Shown here in pieces: positions 23,138 through 36,079 of a stretch of 64,000 nt of DNA. The stretch is taken from NCBI GenBank assembly GCA_964016885.1, contig OZ024746.1:45818001-45882000 (forward strand). The letters are read 5' to 3'. Made by a program: the position numbers and the translations under genes. Source of the stretch: Eledone cirrhosa. Taxonomy: Eukaryota. Within the stretch, counting starts at the first letter, position 1, and each line of letters begins with the position of its first letter. The notes below the pieces were generated by a model. It searched no databases. It was not told the origin of the DNA and saw only the letters and a list, made by a program, of their open reading frames with translations.

Positions 23138-25399
23138 AAGTACTCTTGTTAAGTTGGGCTCCAAACATCAGTTTGATAATGAGAAAGTTAGTTATTTACT
23201 AAATGCTTCCAAATTATTGTTTATTTTTAAAATATAGACAGTGTCTTCAAATAGAAATATGCTAATGAAAGTGTTAACACATTTAGTGAATAATTTCAAA
23301 ATAATCCTTTCTGTGGGCAACTTTGTTTTACAATCAATTCATTATTTAAATTAATTTTTGAATAATGAGTTTCTTTAAATTTTTTTTTTTTATTCTGTTC
23401 ATCTGGCTGGTTAATTTTTTCAATGATCAATCATTCTTGAAGGTTCCATTTCTTCATTTGAGAATTATTTCACATAACTCCCCCATATTTCAAATATTTA
23501 CATCAGTACTGACAAAACTTTCTCAATACACTTCTTTCATGACACTAATGACAATATCAATATTTACATTAAACAATCTTTTATTTTAAGGAAAAACCAG
23601 CAAAGAAAAAAAAACTTAGATTCAGCTGAATGCTGTATTTAAGGGTAAATAATTCATTACATAGTATACTTAAGTTACTTCTTTTCTTTACTTGAAAATT
23701 TACAAAAATACTTGGAAATGAACAAAGGGTCATAGAACTTGCATTATTCAATATTTCCATTAATTATTATATATTTTTGTTTTATTATACAGTATATCTC
23801 ATATAGATATGGTTTAGAAAAGTTCTGTTATGGTGCCACTATCGAAAAATAAAATCAATATCTAGCCAAGCGTCTATCTAAAAAGACCCATTTCATTTCA
23901 CTTCTACTACTACATAATTTTTTTAATGAAATTTCAATGACATTTTCATGATTGATATCATTCATTAGTAAAGAACAAAAGTAGTCAATAGTGAAACCAT
24001 TAATAAATCAAAGTATTCAGTTGAAAAACTTCCACTTTCTTGTATTTATTTAAAGGTCTGCCATATATAGTATTAGATTTACAATGAAGTTTATACTAGC
24101 TATTATAAAACAAATAGCCACTAGTCAATTGTTTTAATTTTCTTTGGAAAGATTATTTATGTTTACCTAACTATAGATTTACATACTCTATATACTCGAA
24201 TATAAGCCAATCCAAATATAAACACCTCATTCTATTTTATGTATGAGAAACAGGAAAAAATCCAAACTCCATTTATAAGCCAAGGTAGTTAATTAACATA
24301 TTGTTTAGATAGTATATATAAGCCCCTCCCCCCATTTTAGTATCGATTTTGGGGTCACATGTTCCTCAGCTGATATTCAAGTATATCCAATAATTTAATA
24401 TCTTTTAATTTAGTTTATGGTGGTCTTAATTAATTTACAAACAAATGTAGAGTTTTCATGCCTAGATAAACAACAGGAAAATACCTTAAAAACTTCCTAA
24501 GAAATGTGTTTAACATTTTAAGCAAAAAGGCATTGTACCTGAGTTAGTGTGTCTATCAACAGAAATTTGAGTTCATATTGTATGTATGTTCAGCATTAGT
24601 CTTGGGTAAAATGCTAAATCTTTCCTATTATAAGAGATAAGAACTTCAGAAATCCAGTACATGTGAACAGAAATCTCTATATAAGTGGTATTGGGATAAA
24701 TGATGACAAGTAAAACAAAACAAAATAATCTTCTTTTCACAGTATATTTCCTCATAATATTACAAAGTAAATTACCTTCTTTACAAATGAAAAACCAAAA
24801 AATGATGTATCCTCCTATTATACTTTTCTGGGAGTAGAGAGGCATAAAACATAGAAAGGACCGTATATGCATAGAGTGTAGTCATTTCTAGATAGTAATT
24901 GATCATATGAGAACAAGCAAGTAGTTTATAGAAATAAATTAATCATAACACTTAATATTCCTCATGATAATATGTCAGTCAACTTGATTTAAACAGAATA
25001 CCAAATCTAATAATATACAGTAGCTTAACCTAGACTTAATTATTCTTCACTCAAATTTAAGCAAAATGAAGAAGGCCAAAATAAGAGATATGGTGAACAA
25101 CTAATGGTCGATGGTGCCAAAAACTGACAGCAACCATCAGTTATAATGACCACATGTGCAAGAATATGGGCATTGTGGGAGATCAGATGTTGAATTTGTC
25201 TAACTTTAATAGCCTGGGCAGGTGAGGTGTATCAGGGGTTGGGGAGGGGGAAGGTAAGTGAGTTAAACAGTGATTAAGTGCACGGGATATTAAGGTGGAG
25301 GTGCAAGGTGGGGGAGGATTACTGCAGGCTTGTGTGTCCCTTGCATGTTTGTTTCATTTCACTTTGTGCACTTGAGGAAGGGCATCTTCTGCGCTACAG

Positions 25400-26020
25400 C
25401 ATGATGCCAAAGATATTGATCCTATGTCATCTCCTTTGTGAGGTTCAATTGGGCAAGGTCAGCTTTTATCACTTTATCCCAAGTTTTCCTAGGTCTTCTT
25501 CCTTTAAGTGCCCAGCACCTCTCTATACATCTGTCATCCTCCATATGCATCGCATGTTCAAACCCCTACAATCTCCTCTGACACCTGTCCCTTATGCCTA
25601 GTTTCTTTCTCACTAATGCTTTGTCATTTGTGCTCACTACTATTACACATCCATCAGAGCATACTCACTTCATTTCCAATATTCGTAGATCCTCTGTACC
25701 TTGCAGCATTGCTGATCGTTCACAAATATCATACAATCTGCCTTTCATTTTGAGGAAAAAACTTTTTGTAACTGGCAGTGGTAGTAGATCCCTGAACTTT
25801 TTCCACCCCGTTCTAACCTGGCTACTATACTTTCAGAGCACCTAACTCCACTGCTAATTTGGTCCCCTAGGTAACAGAATTAGTCGACTACTTCTATGGA
25901 GTCTCTGGGCATTTAAAGGGGCTTGTTTCCTCTGAGCTCTTGCTCTTTACTACACCAGTGCATCAACCACTTACAAAGCCTACATTCTTTGCTAGCCTGA
26001 GATCCCACATCTTTTGTGTA
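25400..26020 (-). mobile_element. Old decayed RTE fragment
   Basis: Degenerate similarity to 29060-29710 (AAGGTCAGCTTTTATCAC, CTGCCTTTCATT, CCTAGGTAACAGAA). Confidence 0.75.
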
Positions 26021-26637
26021 TCCATACACCGGTGGTTTTTCCCTGTGTTATTGATGGTGCAAGGTATCTCTCTCTAGTGTGTTACCTTTTCAACATATTG
26101 TATTTTAAAGTGCCCCCCAGGATTTCCTCTCCTTTGAGCACATTATTTACAGGGAACAGCAAGAGTCTATGGCTCTGTTAATCTATCATGATATTTCGCT
26201 CCTTATAACAGTCTTTCTCTTCTCTCTCTCTGTTTGGTTGAGCACACTTCTCTGAGTGGTTTTGGGCTGCCCTTTCTAGCAACTCATCCCTCAGAGGCCA
26301 CTGGTTCACTGCTCTTAAACACGTTATGACTTCTCTCTCCCACGTGTAGTTGGATGGCCACTTTAAACATTCTCTTAGTGTTGTCTGAAATGTATAGCCT
26401 TAAACATGCTGATGAACCTGGGTTATTCCATTTCCGTCAACAAATTACTGGCGAAACAGATCACTTTGGATTTGTACGTGTGTTATATAGTTATAGAGGT
26501 ATTTATTTATGCTTTAATTTATATTTTTAAATATCGTGTATATATTCTGCCTTTCATAGATTCCATACACTGGTGGTTTTTCCCTGTTTTATTGATGGCG
26601 CACTGTATCTATCTCTAGTGTGTTACCTTTTCAACAT

Positions 26638-26644
<7 letters not shown>
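26021..26644 (+). mobile_element. Retrozyme-like non-coding element: 541-bp period, 83-bp terminal direct repeats, internal HHR
   Basis: 26021-26103 is repeated at 26562-26644. HHR at 26404-26481. The 3' end runs into (TA)n. Confidence 0.85.
26404..26481 (+). ncRNA. Type I hammerhead with a true hairpin stem III
   Basis: acatg CTGATGA acc...ggc GAAA cagat-cactttgg-atttg TA cgtgt (GUA cleavage triplet). Confidence 0.83.
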
Positions 26645-26680
<36 letters not shown>

Positions 26681-26815
26681 AGAAAGTGAGGTTTTTTTAC
26701 AAAATGAAAAATAACCTAGGTGTCCTACACGAGTGAAAGTATAAAGAAAAATAGATGAAATCAAAAATGCAACTGGAGTCTTATTTTAAAAAAAATATAT
26801 ATATTTATTTGGTTC

Positions 26816-26851
26816 CTTTACCGATTTCGCAGTTCTTCTGCTTTTCAAAAG
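26816..26851 (-). ncRNA. Minimal hammerhead, U3-A8 core variant
   Basis: Minus strand: ctt TTGAAAA gcag-aagaa-ctgc GAAA tcgg TA aag. It lies in a 220-bp island (26675-26897) between microsatellites. Confidence 0.62.
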
Positions 26852-26897
26852 TAGAGTTGAGATGGAGGGTCTGTGGTTTTTCTCACATCTGAAAAAA

Positions 26898-27048
26898 TAT
26901 ATATATATATTACTTACATACATGCATACATATATATATATATTACTTACATACATGCATACATACATATATATATATATTACTTACAAACATGTATACA
27001 TACATATATATATTACTTACATACATGCATACATACATACATACATAC

Positions 27049-27109
<61 letters not shown>

Positions 27110-27899
27110 GTTACTTACGTACATGCATACATACATATATATATTACTTACATACATACATACATATATATATATATATTACTTACATACATGCATACAT
27201 ACATATATATATATATTACTTACATACATGCATACATACATATATATATATATATTACTTACATACATGCATACATACATATATATATTACTTACATACA
27301 TACATACATATATATATATATTACTTACATACATGCATACATACATATATATATATTACTTACATACATGCATACATACATATATATATATATATATATT
27401 ACTTACATACATGCATACATATATATATATATATTACTTACATACATGCATACATACATATATATATATATTACTTACATACATGCATACATACATATAT
27501 ATATATATTACTTACATACATGCATACATATATATATATATATTACTTACATACATGCATACATACATATATATATATTACTTACTAACATGCATACATA
27601 CATATATATATATATATATTACTTACTAACATACATACATATATATATATATTACTTACTAACATACATACATACATATATATATATATTACTTACTAAC
27701 ATACATACATATATATTACTTACTAACATACATACATACATATATATTACTAACATACATACATATATATATATTACTAACATACATACATATATATTAC
27801 TAACATACATACATACATATATATTACTAACATACATACATACATATTACTAACATACATACATATTACTAACATGCATACATATATATATATATATAT
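26898..27899. repeat. Compound minisatellite (TA)n-TTACTTACATACATGCATACATACA, evolving to TTACTAACATAC units
   Basis: Direct reading. It is the source of the spurious YITYIH ORFs. Confidence 0.95.
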
Positions 27900-28686
27900 A
27901 GCCTTTGTCGACTTGGAGAAAGCCTTCGACAGAGTCCCCCGTTCCATTATCTGGTGGGCTCTTAGAAAACTAGGTGTTGTCGAATGGCTTGTGAGAGTTA
28001 TACAAGCCATGTATAAAGAAACAGTCAGCAAGGTTAGAATTAACAACGAATATAGTGAAGAGTTTAGCGTAAAAGTTGGCGTCCATCAGGGCTCTGTTCT
28101 CAGCCCCCTACTATTTATTATTGCCCTTCAGGCTATAACAGAGGAGTTCAAGACCGGTTGCCCATGGGAACTCCTATACGCAGATGACCTAACACTCATA
28201 GCTGAATCAATGGCCGAGCTAGAGAAGAAATTCCAAACATGGAAGCACGGCCTAGAATCAAAAGGCCTTAAAATTAACCTGGCTAAGACTAAAGTTCTAG
28301 TTTGTAAGAAAGAAAATAAGGCGGCGGTCCCTTCCGGGAAGTGGCCATGCTCAGTGCGTAGGAAAGGCGTAGGTAGAAACTCCATTTTGTGTCCCAAATG
28401 CAAAGTATGGGTGCATAAAAGATGTAGTGGGATCACAGGTAAGCTAACTAAGAACATAGATTTTACATGTGGCCGGTGCTCTGGTGCAATAAGTAGCAGC
28501 AAGTGCCCACAAAATACTAGCTCTTTCAACTGCGCAGAGGGTTCTATAGAAATAGTGGACAGCTTCCGTTACCTGGGTGACAAAATCAGCAGTGGGGGAG
28601 GGTGCTCTGAAAGTACAGTAGCTAGAGTCAGAACTGGATGGAAAAAGTTCAGAGAGCTTATACCACTATTAGCCGCTAAAGGGTTC

Positions 28687-31600
28687 ATCATCATCATCAC
28701 CGTTTTACGTCCGTTCTTCCACGCTAGCATGGGTTAGACGGGTTGTCCTGTTGTGGGCAGTGTCTGGTCGGCTGACCATGCCTTGCTCATACAGGAACTG
28801 ATCTGGCTTGATTTCTACAGCTGGATGCCCTTCCTAACACCAACCTCATTTACAATGAGTGCTGGGTGCTTTTTCGTGGCGCCTACACGTCCACTTTACA
28901 GTGTGGGCTGGGTGCTTTTTTGCCGTGGCACCTCCACGACCACCTTGCGGTGGGAGGGTGTGGGGGCATATTGTCTATATGCTTCAGCTTGTACCCATGG
29001 GAGGTCGGGTACCCTGTATTACTGCGTGACGCCAGAAGTCACGGTCGTGTGTCATTGACTTTGAGAGGTGTAGTTGGGTAAGGTCGGCTTTTATCACCTC
29101 ATCCCAAGTCATCTTGGGTCTCCCCACTCCGCGGTTTCCATCAACTTCTAGTGCTCTGCACCTTTTTATGCAGCTGTCATCCTTCATACGCATCACATGT
29201 CCATACCAGCGTAACCGCCTCTCCTGCACGCAGCATTTGATTCCTCTTATGCTCAGTCTCTCTCTCAATTCCTTTATGCTTTGTCGTTCACGTATATTAC
29301 TGTTACACATCCATCGGAGCATGCAGGCTTCGTTTCTCTCTAATCTACGTAAGTCTTCCACCTTCAGCGCCCAGGTCTCACTACCATGCAACATCGCTGT
29401 TCGGATACACGCATCATACAGTCTGCCTTTCATTCTGAGGGAGAAGCCTTTTGCAGCTAGCAGTGGTAGTAGTTCCCTAAACTTCTTCCATCCCGTTCTT
29501 ACCCTAGTTATTGTACTTTCTGAGCACCCACCTCCGTTGCTAATTCGGTCACCTAGGTAGCAGAAGCTGTCTACTGTTTCTACAGGGCCCTCCCAGAGAT
29601 TGGTGGTACTTGTTTCCTGTGGCTGTTTGCTTGCTGTTTCAGCACAGCTGCTGCATGTGAATCCTACATTCTTAATTAAGCTTCCTGAGATCCCGCTACA
29701 TCTCTTGTGCACCCATTGTTTGCATTTGGGGCAGAGAATGGAGTTCCTACCTACACCTTTCCTACATACTGAGCAAGGCCATTTCCCTGAGGGGATCTGG
29801 GTTCTGTTTTCTCGTCTACTTATAAGGACCTTAGTCTTTGTCATGTTGACTTTGAGGCCCTTTCTCTCTAGTCCCTGCTTCCAGGTTTGGAATTTATTCT
29901 CTAGTTCTACCATAGATTCAGCTATGAGTGTGAGGTCATCAGCATACAGGAGTTCCCATGGGCATCCGGTCTTAAACTCCTCCGTTATTGCCTGCAGGAC
30001 TATGATGAACAGGAGAGGGCTAAGAACAGAGCCCTGGTGGACCCCAACCTGTACGCTAAATTCCTCGCTATACTCATTGCCAATCCTAACTTTGCTGACT
30101 GCTCCCCTATACATGGCTTGTACCGGTTTCACAAGCCATTCATCTACTCCTAGTTTTCTAAGAGCCCACCAGATTACTGCACGTGGAACTCTGTCAAAGG
30201 CTTTCTCAAGGTCGACAAATGCCAAGTAGAGTGGCTTACTTTTAGCTAGGTACTTTTCCTGTAATTGCCTCACAAGGAAGAGGGCATCAGTGGTGCCTTT
30301 CCCTGGTACAAACCCAAATTGCATCTCGTCTATATTCACCCGGTCCCTAATCAGCTGTGCTATAACTCTTTCTGTTACTTTCATGACCTGGTCCATCAAC
30401 TTTATACCTCTATAGTTTCCTCTATCTAGTGCATCGCCTTTACCTTTGTAGCAGTTGACAATGATGCTACTGCACCAATCTTTTGGTATGGCCCCCTCTA
30501 GTATTACCTGGTTAACGATACATGTGGTTATAGTGTGACCTACAGACCCAGATGCCTTCAGCATCTCGGCAGCTATACCCGATGGACCGGTTGCCTTCCC
30601 TATCTTCATATCTCTGATTGCCTTACTTACTACGCTGCCGCTGACTTGTACTGCTGGTCCCTCTATAGGGTCTACGTGGGGTAGGGTCTCTTCTTCCCAT
30701 GCATTCTCCTCATTTAGTAATCTATCATAATGACTCTTCCATGCATCTTTCTTCTCAGCACTTGTGAGGGCAAGCTCACCTTTATCATTCCGGATACACT
30801 TCTCTCCAATGACATCACAACTATCTCTGACACACTGCCTCGCAATCTTGAATACCTCCTGTTTCTGGTCCTCACGTTGTAAAACATGCTTGAATTTTCT
30901 ATCCTCTGCTTCCCTCCTAGCTAAGTATACTTGTCGCCTAGCTTCCCTCTTGGTCTCTATGTAATGTACCCTGCTCCCCCCGTTCTTCCATTCTTTCCAT
31001 GCCTGTCTCTTGGCCTTGACTGCTTCATCTACCTTATTGTTCCACCACCAAGTCACTCTCCTCCTGCTTGAGGTCTTACTCCAGCCACAAACCTCATCCG
31101 TCGCCTCTAGTAAGTTATTTTTTAGGAACTCCCAGTTCTCTTCTACGTTAAATGTCTCTATCTGTTCTTCTTTACTGTCGTAGGCGTTGAGTAAAATATC
31201 TTTAAATCTGTTACTGGTTGAGGGGACTTTCAGCTTCCAGATCTTTCTTCTCCAGGTTGGCCTCTGTTTCAGGGCTCGTCTAGTTCTGACCGTGAGGTCG
31301 CTGACAACTAAGCTATGTTGGGATGTACATTCCTCACTAGGGAAGGCTTTTGTGTTTACGACCGTCCATCTGTCACGTCCTCTGATGAGGATAAAATCTA
31401 ACTGACTAGAGTGCTCCCCTGATCTATAGGTGATTAGGTGGTTGTCGGGTTTTTTAAAGTTTGTGTTACATATCGACATGTCATTGGCGTCGCAGAATTC
31501 TAGAAGTCTGAATCCTTCCTCATTCCTTGTGCCAACTCCATGGCCTCCATGTACTCTATTGAAGCCGTCGCAGTGTTTACCTACGTGTCTGTTAAAATCT

Positions 31601-32513
31601 CCTGCAATGATTAGGAAGTCCTTGTCGTCTGTTAGAGCAGTAGTGTGTATTAGGGACTCGTAAAACCTATCCTTAAGTTCGTCTGGCAGCCCCGATTGGG
31701 GTGCGTAAGCTGATATTATTGTGGTAATTGTCTTATTCAGGACTAGTCTGAGTTTAATGATTCTTGCATTTACCCTGTACACTGAGATTACTTTATCTAC
31801 CCACTTGTCAGCTAATAGTATACCTACACCACCCATCCCATCGTCATTTCCCACCCAGAAAAATTTGTAGCACTGGCTTTTTCCTACAAGGACTCTAGCA
31901 GACCCTCCTCTCCATCTAGTCTCTTGCACACAGCATACATCAACTTCCTTTCGCTCTAGCATTTCTACGATTTCTCCTGCTCTTCCTTTCATTGAGCCTA
32001 CATTGATGGTACCAACTCGGAGTTTTGGGCATTTGTTGACACTCGTAGGGGAGGGTCTCTGGGTTGGCGCTTCACGTGGGTGCTTGGTAGCTCGCAGATT
32101 CATATTTCATCTATTGATTCAGAGTTGCTCGTGTATTCCCAGCTCATCCATCCATAACGGTGGGAAAATTGAGGGCTAGAAGAACAGTGGTGGTGGGGTA
32201 ATGGCAGGGTGTGTTGGGATGCGCCAGAGGAGGAGAGAGTTAGTTAGGCAGGTAGTAGCAGCAGCAGTGGAAATGGCATGCTAGGTTTGATTGGTTGAAT
32301 AGACTATGGTGGTGTGTGGGGGTGGGGGGGTGGGGGGGGGAAATTGTGAGGTAGGAACTGAGGGTCGCATGGTAAATATCCAAGTTAATACTACATCAGT
32401 AAAATTAACAATAATAACGTCATGAAAAACTACTAAGAGAAACCCTCGAAAATTTATCGCTAATACAGCAGGGAAAATTTAACGCTAATACAGCAGGGAA
32501 CATCATAATGATA
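28687..32513 (-). mobile_element. Full-length RTE family B LINE
   Basis: 5' UTR with a 26-bp tandem repeat, single intact ORF, 3' UTR, (GAT)n tail and a 5-bp duplication. Confidence 0.95.
28984..32103 (-). CDS. RTE ORF: APE endonuclease + RT + PHD finger, 1039 aa, uninterrupted
   Basis: INVGSM, CVQETRW, SAYAPQ, AGDFN, LDFIL, SQH; [26 protein letters not shown]; CSVC-x10-CPKC-x4-HKRC-x14-CSSC. Confidence 0.96.
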   Translation of the reverse strand: MNLRATKHPREAPTQRPSPTSVNKCPKLRVGTINVGSMKGRAGEIVEMLERKEVDVCCVQETRWRGGSARVLVGKSQCYKFFWVGNDDGMGGVGILLADKWVDKVISVYRVNARIIKLRLVLNKTITTIISAYAPQSGLPDELKDRFYESLIHTTALTDDKDFLIIAGDFNRHVGKHCDGFNRVHGGHGVGTRNEEGFRLLEFCDANDMSICNTNFKKPDNHLITYRSGEHSSQLDFILIRGRDRWTVVNTKAFPSEECTSQHSLVVSDLTVRTRRALKQRPTWRRKIWKLKVPSTSNRFKDILLNAYDSKEEQIETFNVEENWEFLKNNLLEATDEVCGWSKTSSRRRVTWWWNNKVDEAVKAKRQAWKEWKNGGSRVHYIETKREARRQVYLARREAEDRKFKHVLQREDQKQEVFKIARQCVRDSCDVIGEKCIRNDKGELALTSAEKKDAWKSHYDRLLNEENAWEEETLPHVDPIEGPAVQVSGSVVSKAIRDMKIGKATGPSGIAAEMLKASGSVGHTITTCIVNQVILEGAIPKDWCSSIIVNCYKGKGDALDRGNYRGIKLMDQVMKVTERVIAQLIRDRVNIDEMQFGFVPGKGTTDALFLVRQLQEKYLAKSKPLYLAFVDLEKAFDRVPRAVIWWALRKLGVDEWLVKPVQAMYRGAVSKVRIGNEYSEEFSVQVGVHQGSVLSPLLFIIVLQAITEEFKTGCPWELLYADDLTLIAESMVELENKFQTWKQGLERKGLKVNMTKTKVLISRRENRTQIPSGKWPCSVCRKGVGRNSILCPKCKQWVHKRCSGISGSLIKNVGFTCSSCAETASKQPQETSTTNLWEGPVETVDSFCYLGDRISNGGGCSESTITRVRTGWKKFRELLPLLAAKGFSLRMKGRLYDACIRTAMLHGSETWALKVEDLRRLERNEACMLRWMCNSNIRERQSIKELRERLSIRGIKCCVQERRLRWYGHVMRMKDDSCIKRCRALEVDGNRGVGRPKMTWDEVIKADLTQLHLSKSMTHDRDFWRHAVIQGTRPPMGTS

Positions 32514-33539
32514 GGTTCTCCCTAAAAATGAAAGGCAGGTTGTATGATGCCTGCATACGAACAGCAATGTTGCATGGCAGTGAGACCTGGGCATTGTGTG
32601 CAGAGGATATATGCAGACTAGAGAGGAACGAAGCTTGCATGCTCCGCTGGATGTGTAATAGTAATATACGTGAACGGCAAAGCATAAACGAACTAAGGAA
32701 AAAATTAGAAATAAGAGGGATCAGATGTTGTTTACTCGAGAGAAGGCTACGTTGGTATGGTCACGTGATGCGCATGAAAGATGATAGCTGTATAACAAAG
32801 TGCAGGGCAATAAAGATAGATGGTAGCCACGGAATAGGCAGACCCAGAAAAACCTGGGACGAGCTGATAAATTCCGACCTCACACACTTACACCTCTCCA
32901 AGACAATGTCACTGGACCGAGACCTTTGGCGGTACTCAGTAATAGAGAAGACCCGCCTTACCTAAATACAAAGTAAAACCTACTACAGTCAGTAGGCATC
33001 TCTAACAAAATAACCCCCCCCCCCATCCACACTGCTCCTTTCAATGTAAAGTTATGTTGGTGCCACAACATCCAGGCCGAAACAAATGAGATCGTGTAGG
33101 TGTCACGACAAAAAAACACACAGTCCAAATGTGGTTGGTGTTAGGAAGGGCATCCAGCTGTAGAAAACCCGCCAGACAGTCCACGCTGTAATGTGGCCGT
33201 GTAGGCAACACGGTAAAAACCTCCCAGCCCCACACTGTAAATGTGGTTGGTGTTAGGAAGGGCATCCAGCTGTGGAAAACCCGCCAGATAGTCCTATGCG
33301 AGCAAGATAATCACTCTTGCCTCAAGTGGGAAAACCCCCGTCCAAACCCATGCAAGCGTGGAACACGGACGTTAAACGTTGATGATGATGATATATATAT
33401 ATATATAAAGCATTACATCTAGTATGCACCACTTTCCCCTTCTCTTCCTTCCACCCACGTCCTGATACTCCACTCTTCAACCACACCTATACACATCCCC
33501 CTATACCTACCTCTCTAATCCTCACCCTATATATATGCA

Positions 33540-33828
33540 GCTCCCCTACCCCAGCCTCCAATCCACACAATAAAGTGGTCGTTTTGGTGCCATGAGAAAA
33601 AGTGTCCAGTCTGCACTGTAAAGTGGTCATCTTGGTGCCTCAATAAAAAGCACTCAGTCCACACTGTAAAGTGATTGGTGTTAAGAAGGGCATCTATCCA
33701 TAGAAACCAGCCCAGAAACAGTTTTGTATGAGCAAGGCATGGTCACCTGATATGACTTGTCTCAGAACAGGACAACTTGTCTAACTCATGCTAGCATGGA
33801 AAAATGGATGTTAAATGATGGTGATGAT
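33540..33828 (+). mobile_element. Old RTE 3' UTR remnant
   Basis: TTGGTGTTAAGAAGGGCATC...CATGCTAGCATGGAAAAATGGATGTTAAATGATG. Confidence 0.75.
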
Positions 33829-34536
33829 ATATATATACATACATAGATATGTACGCACATACATACGTGTGTACATTCATATATATGTATACTTATATTA
33901 AATTGAAGATTTTTCATTTCAGTCAAAATAAATTTTACATTAATAGAGTAGTGCTTTTTCTTTGCAATCATTCTGTGGATCCAACTGAAACCAGTTCCCT
34001 AGGGTTGAAAATTAATTGAAAGAGCAGATAGCATTCAGGCATTTAATTTTGGTAACTTTCAATAAGTCATGCATAAGGAAGCTCCAAATCTTCTAAGTCA
34101 GATAAAAACAAAATGTGTGTGTTAAGAGCAACTTTTGGTGTTGAAGATAAAAATCGATTTCATATAAACTGATGTATTCTCTAAGAATATGCCATTACTG
34201 ACATCTTACAGAGAAAAAGAGAGAATCATATTTATAAATTCTGAAACATTATCCCCATCATAATCATTGCTATTTCCATTAGCATCCTGTTTTATAATTT
34301 TCTCTTTATCCACAGCATGATTGAGTCTGTTGAGACATTTTACTTACAATATCTCCTTAAAATTTCCACAGAAATAAGCAAACAAGCTATTTTTATTCTG
34401 AAGCCAAAATTATAGTTAAAAGGAGTTCTGTAGTGAATTAACAGATTCTATTCGAAGAATGTGGCACTAGAGAATCTTCACTTATACCACAACAGTAACA
34501 ACAGTAAATTTTCCCCCACCCAAACAATCCATTTAT

Positions 34537-34541
<5 letters not shown>

Positions 34542-34622
<81 letters not shown>
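34542..34622. repeat. (CT)n(AT)n microsatellite
   Basis: Direct reading. Confidence 0.97.
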
Positions 34623-34624
<2 letters not shown>

Positions 34625-36079
34625 TGTGTCTGTTTGTCACCATTTATCTTCCCTTTCTTTCATGATTTTGCTTTATTTTGGAAGTTTTCTCATCAAAATG
34701 TTTTTCTTTTTTCTCTATATAACCTGCCATTGTACTTATTCCCTCTTTTTATCTTCATTTTATTTGAGATCAGTATTGAAATTTTGACTTCACTCTCCAT
34801 TATAAATATTCTGTACCCAGGGACTTTTGATTTCTCTTCACTTGGAAACTGGAATAATTGATTTATTTGAACAGTGTATTCTCTCCATATTAAACCCATT
34901 TTATATCTTTGCATTCTCTCCTCAACATATCTCTGTACTGCTTCTAATGAGTGTCCAAATCCTTGCCAATAAAATCCATCCTATAGAGAGACTATTGATT
35001 TTTTTTAAAAGACCTCTTATAACATTAAGCAAGAAAAAGATTTTGTTGTGTTATTTATTTATCACATTTCTTTTGCATAATTAATTTTCAATTGAACATA
35101 ATTGATAAATATCCAAATTTCAGAGCATTAAACTCAGTTTAAACAGAAGAAATACTGAGTCAAATTAAATGAAATCAAGTACAATGAGATTTCTTTCTGT
35201 GGAGTGGTATAATAGTGATGGGATGATTTACATATGTGGTTAGTTATGTTAATTAACATTAATTGTTTTCAATTTTGATGCACATCTTTAGTTTAAAACA
35301 TCTTAAATGCTGTTAAATGTGGAAAAGAAACAAAATATCAAAGGTACAGTCACTCACTATAGAAGTATTTGATGATCATTTTCAAACTTGAGTGGAGTGA
35401 TAGTTTTTAGTTTTATTTTATCATATTATTTTGCTAAATTAAATTCAGTTTAGTTATGGCGAGGTTAGAAATGGAGAATAATTTATTAAATTGTCCATTT
35501 TATTATTCTTAAAGCAATTTTTATAGATTGGAATTTCTAACTTTACTCAGTTACTTGTTTTCAAATGCAGGTTGTAAAGATAAAACCTTGACTTTCGGTT
35601 GCAATCGATAAAAAGAATTGTGAGTTCAAACAGATGAAAATGTTAAAATTTAGGAATGCTATTATTATCATCCTTGTAAGAGTTCTTTTAATGGTTCATT
35701 CTATGAAACCTGGAATAAAAACAGTGAAACAAGTATTTTCATTGTTATCATCATCATCATCATCATCTTTATCATAATTATTGTCAAAGGTTTTATGTCC
35801 CAGTTGCCATGTCAGCATGTTCTGTAGGATAGCAGTCGATTCTTTATCAGATATTTAAAGCGTTATTCAGCTCTACCAAATCAATTGATTTCATCATTCT
35901 GTAGTTCTGATTTCAAAATTATGATACAATAGGCAAAAACCTGTTTAGTAAATAAAAAGATGTTAATATATTTAATATATGGTGGTTCACATGGTTAACT
36001 AGAAATAAATATGTCTCGAGGAGGAAATGATATTAGTTTAATAGTGATTAATAATATTTTTTTATTTTTCTGAAAAGAG

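Larger units (their letters stand above)
27897..33391 (+). mobile_element. RTE-A 5'-truncated copy split by the RTE-B insertion (27897-28686 + 32514-33391)
   Basis: ...PLLAAKGF| resumes as [14 protein letters not shown] at 32514. GGTTC is duplicated at 28682-28686 and 32514-32518. Confidence 0.95.

Noticed and set aside
32104-32513. HDV-like ribozyme in the RTE 5' UTR (known in some RTEs)
   Set aside because: I could not identify the nested double pseudoknot by eye; this needs an RNArobo/Infernal search.
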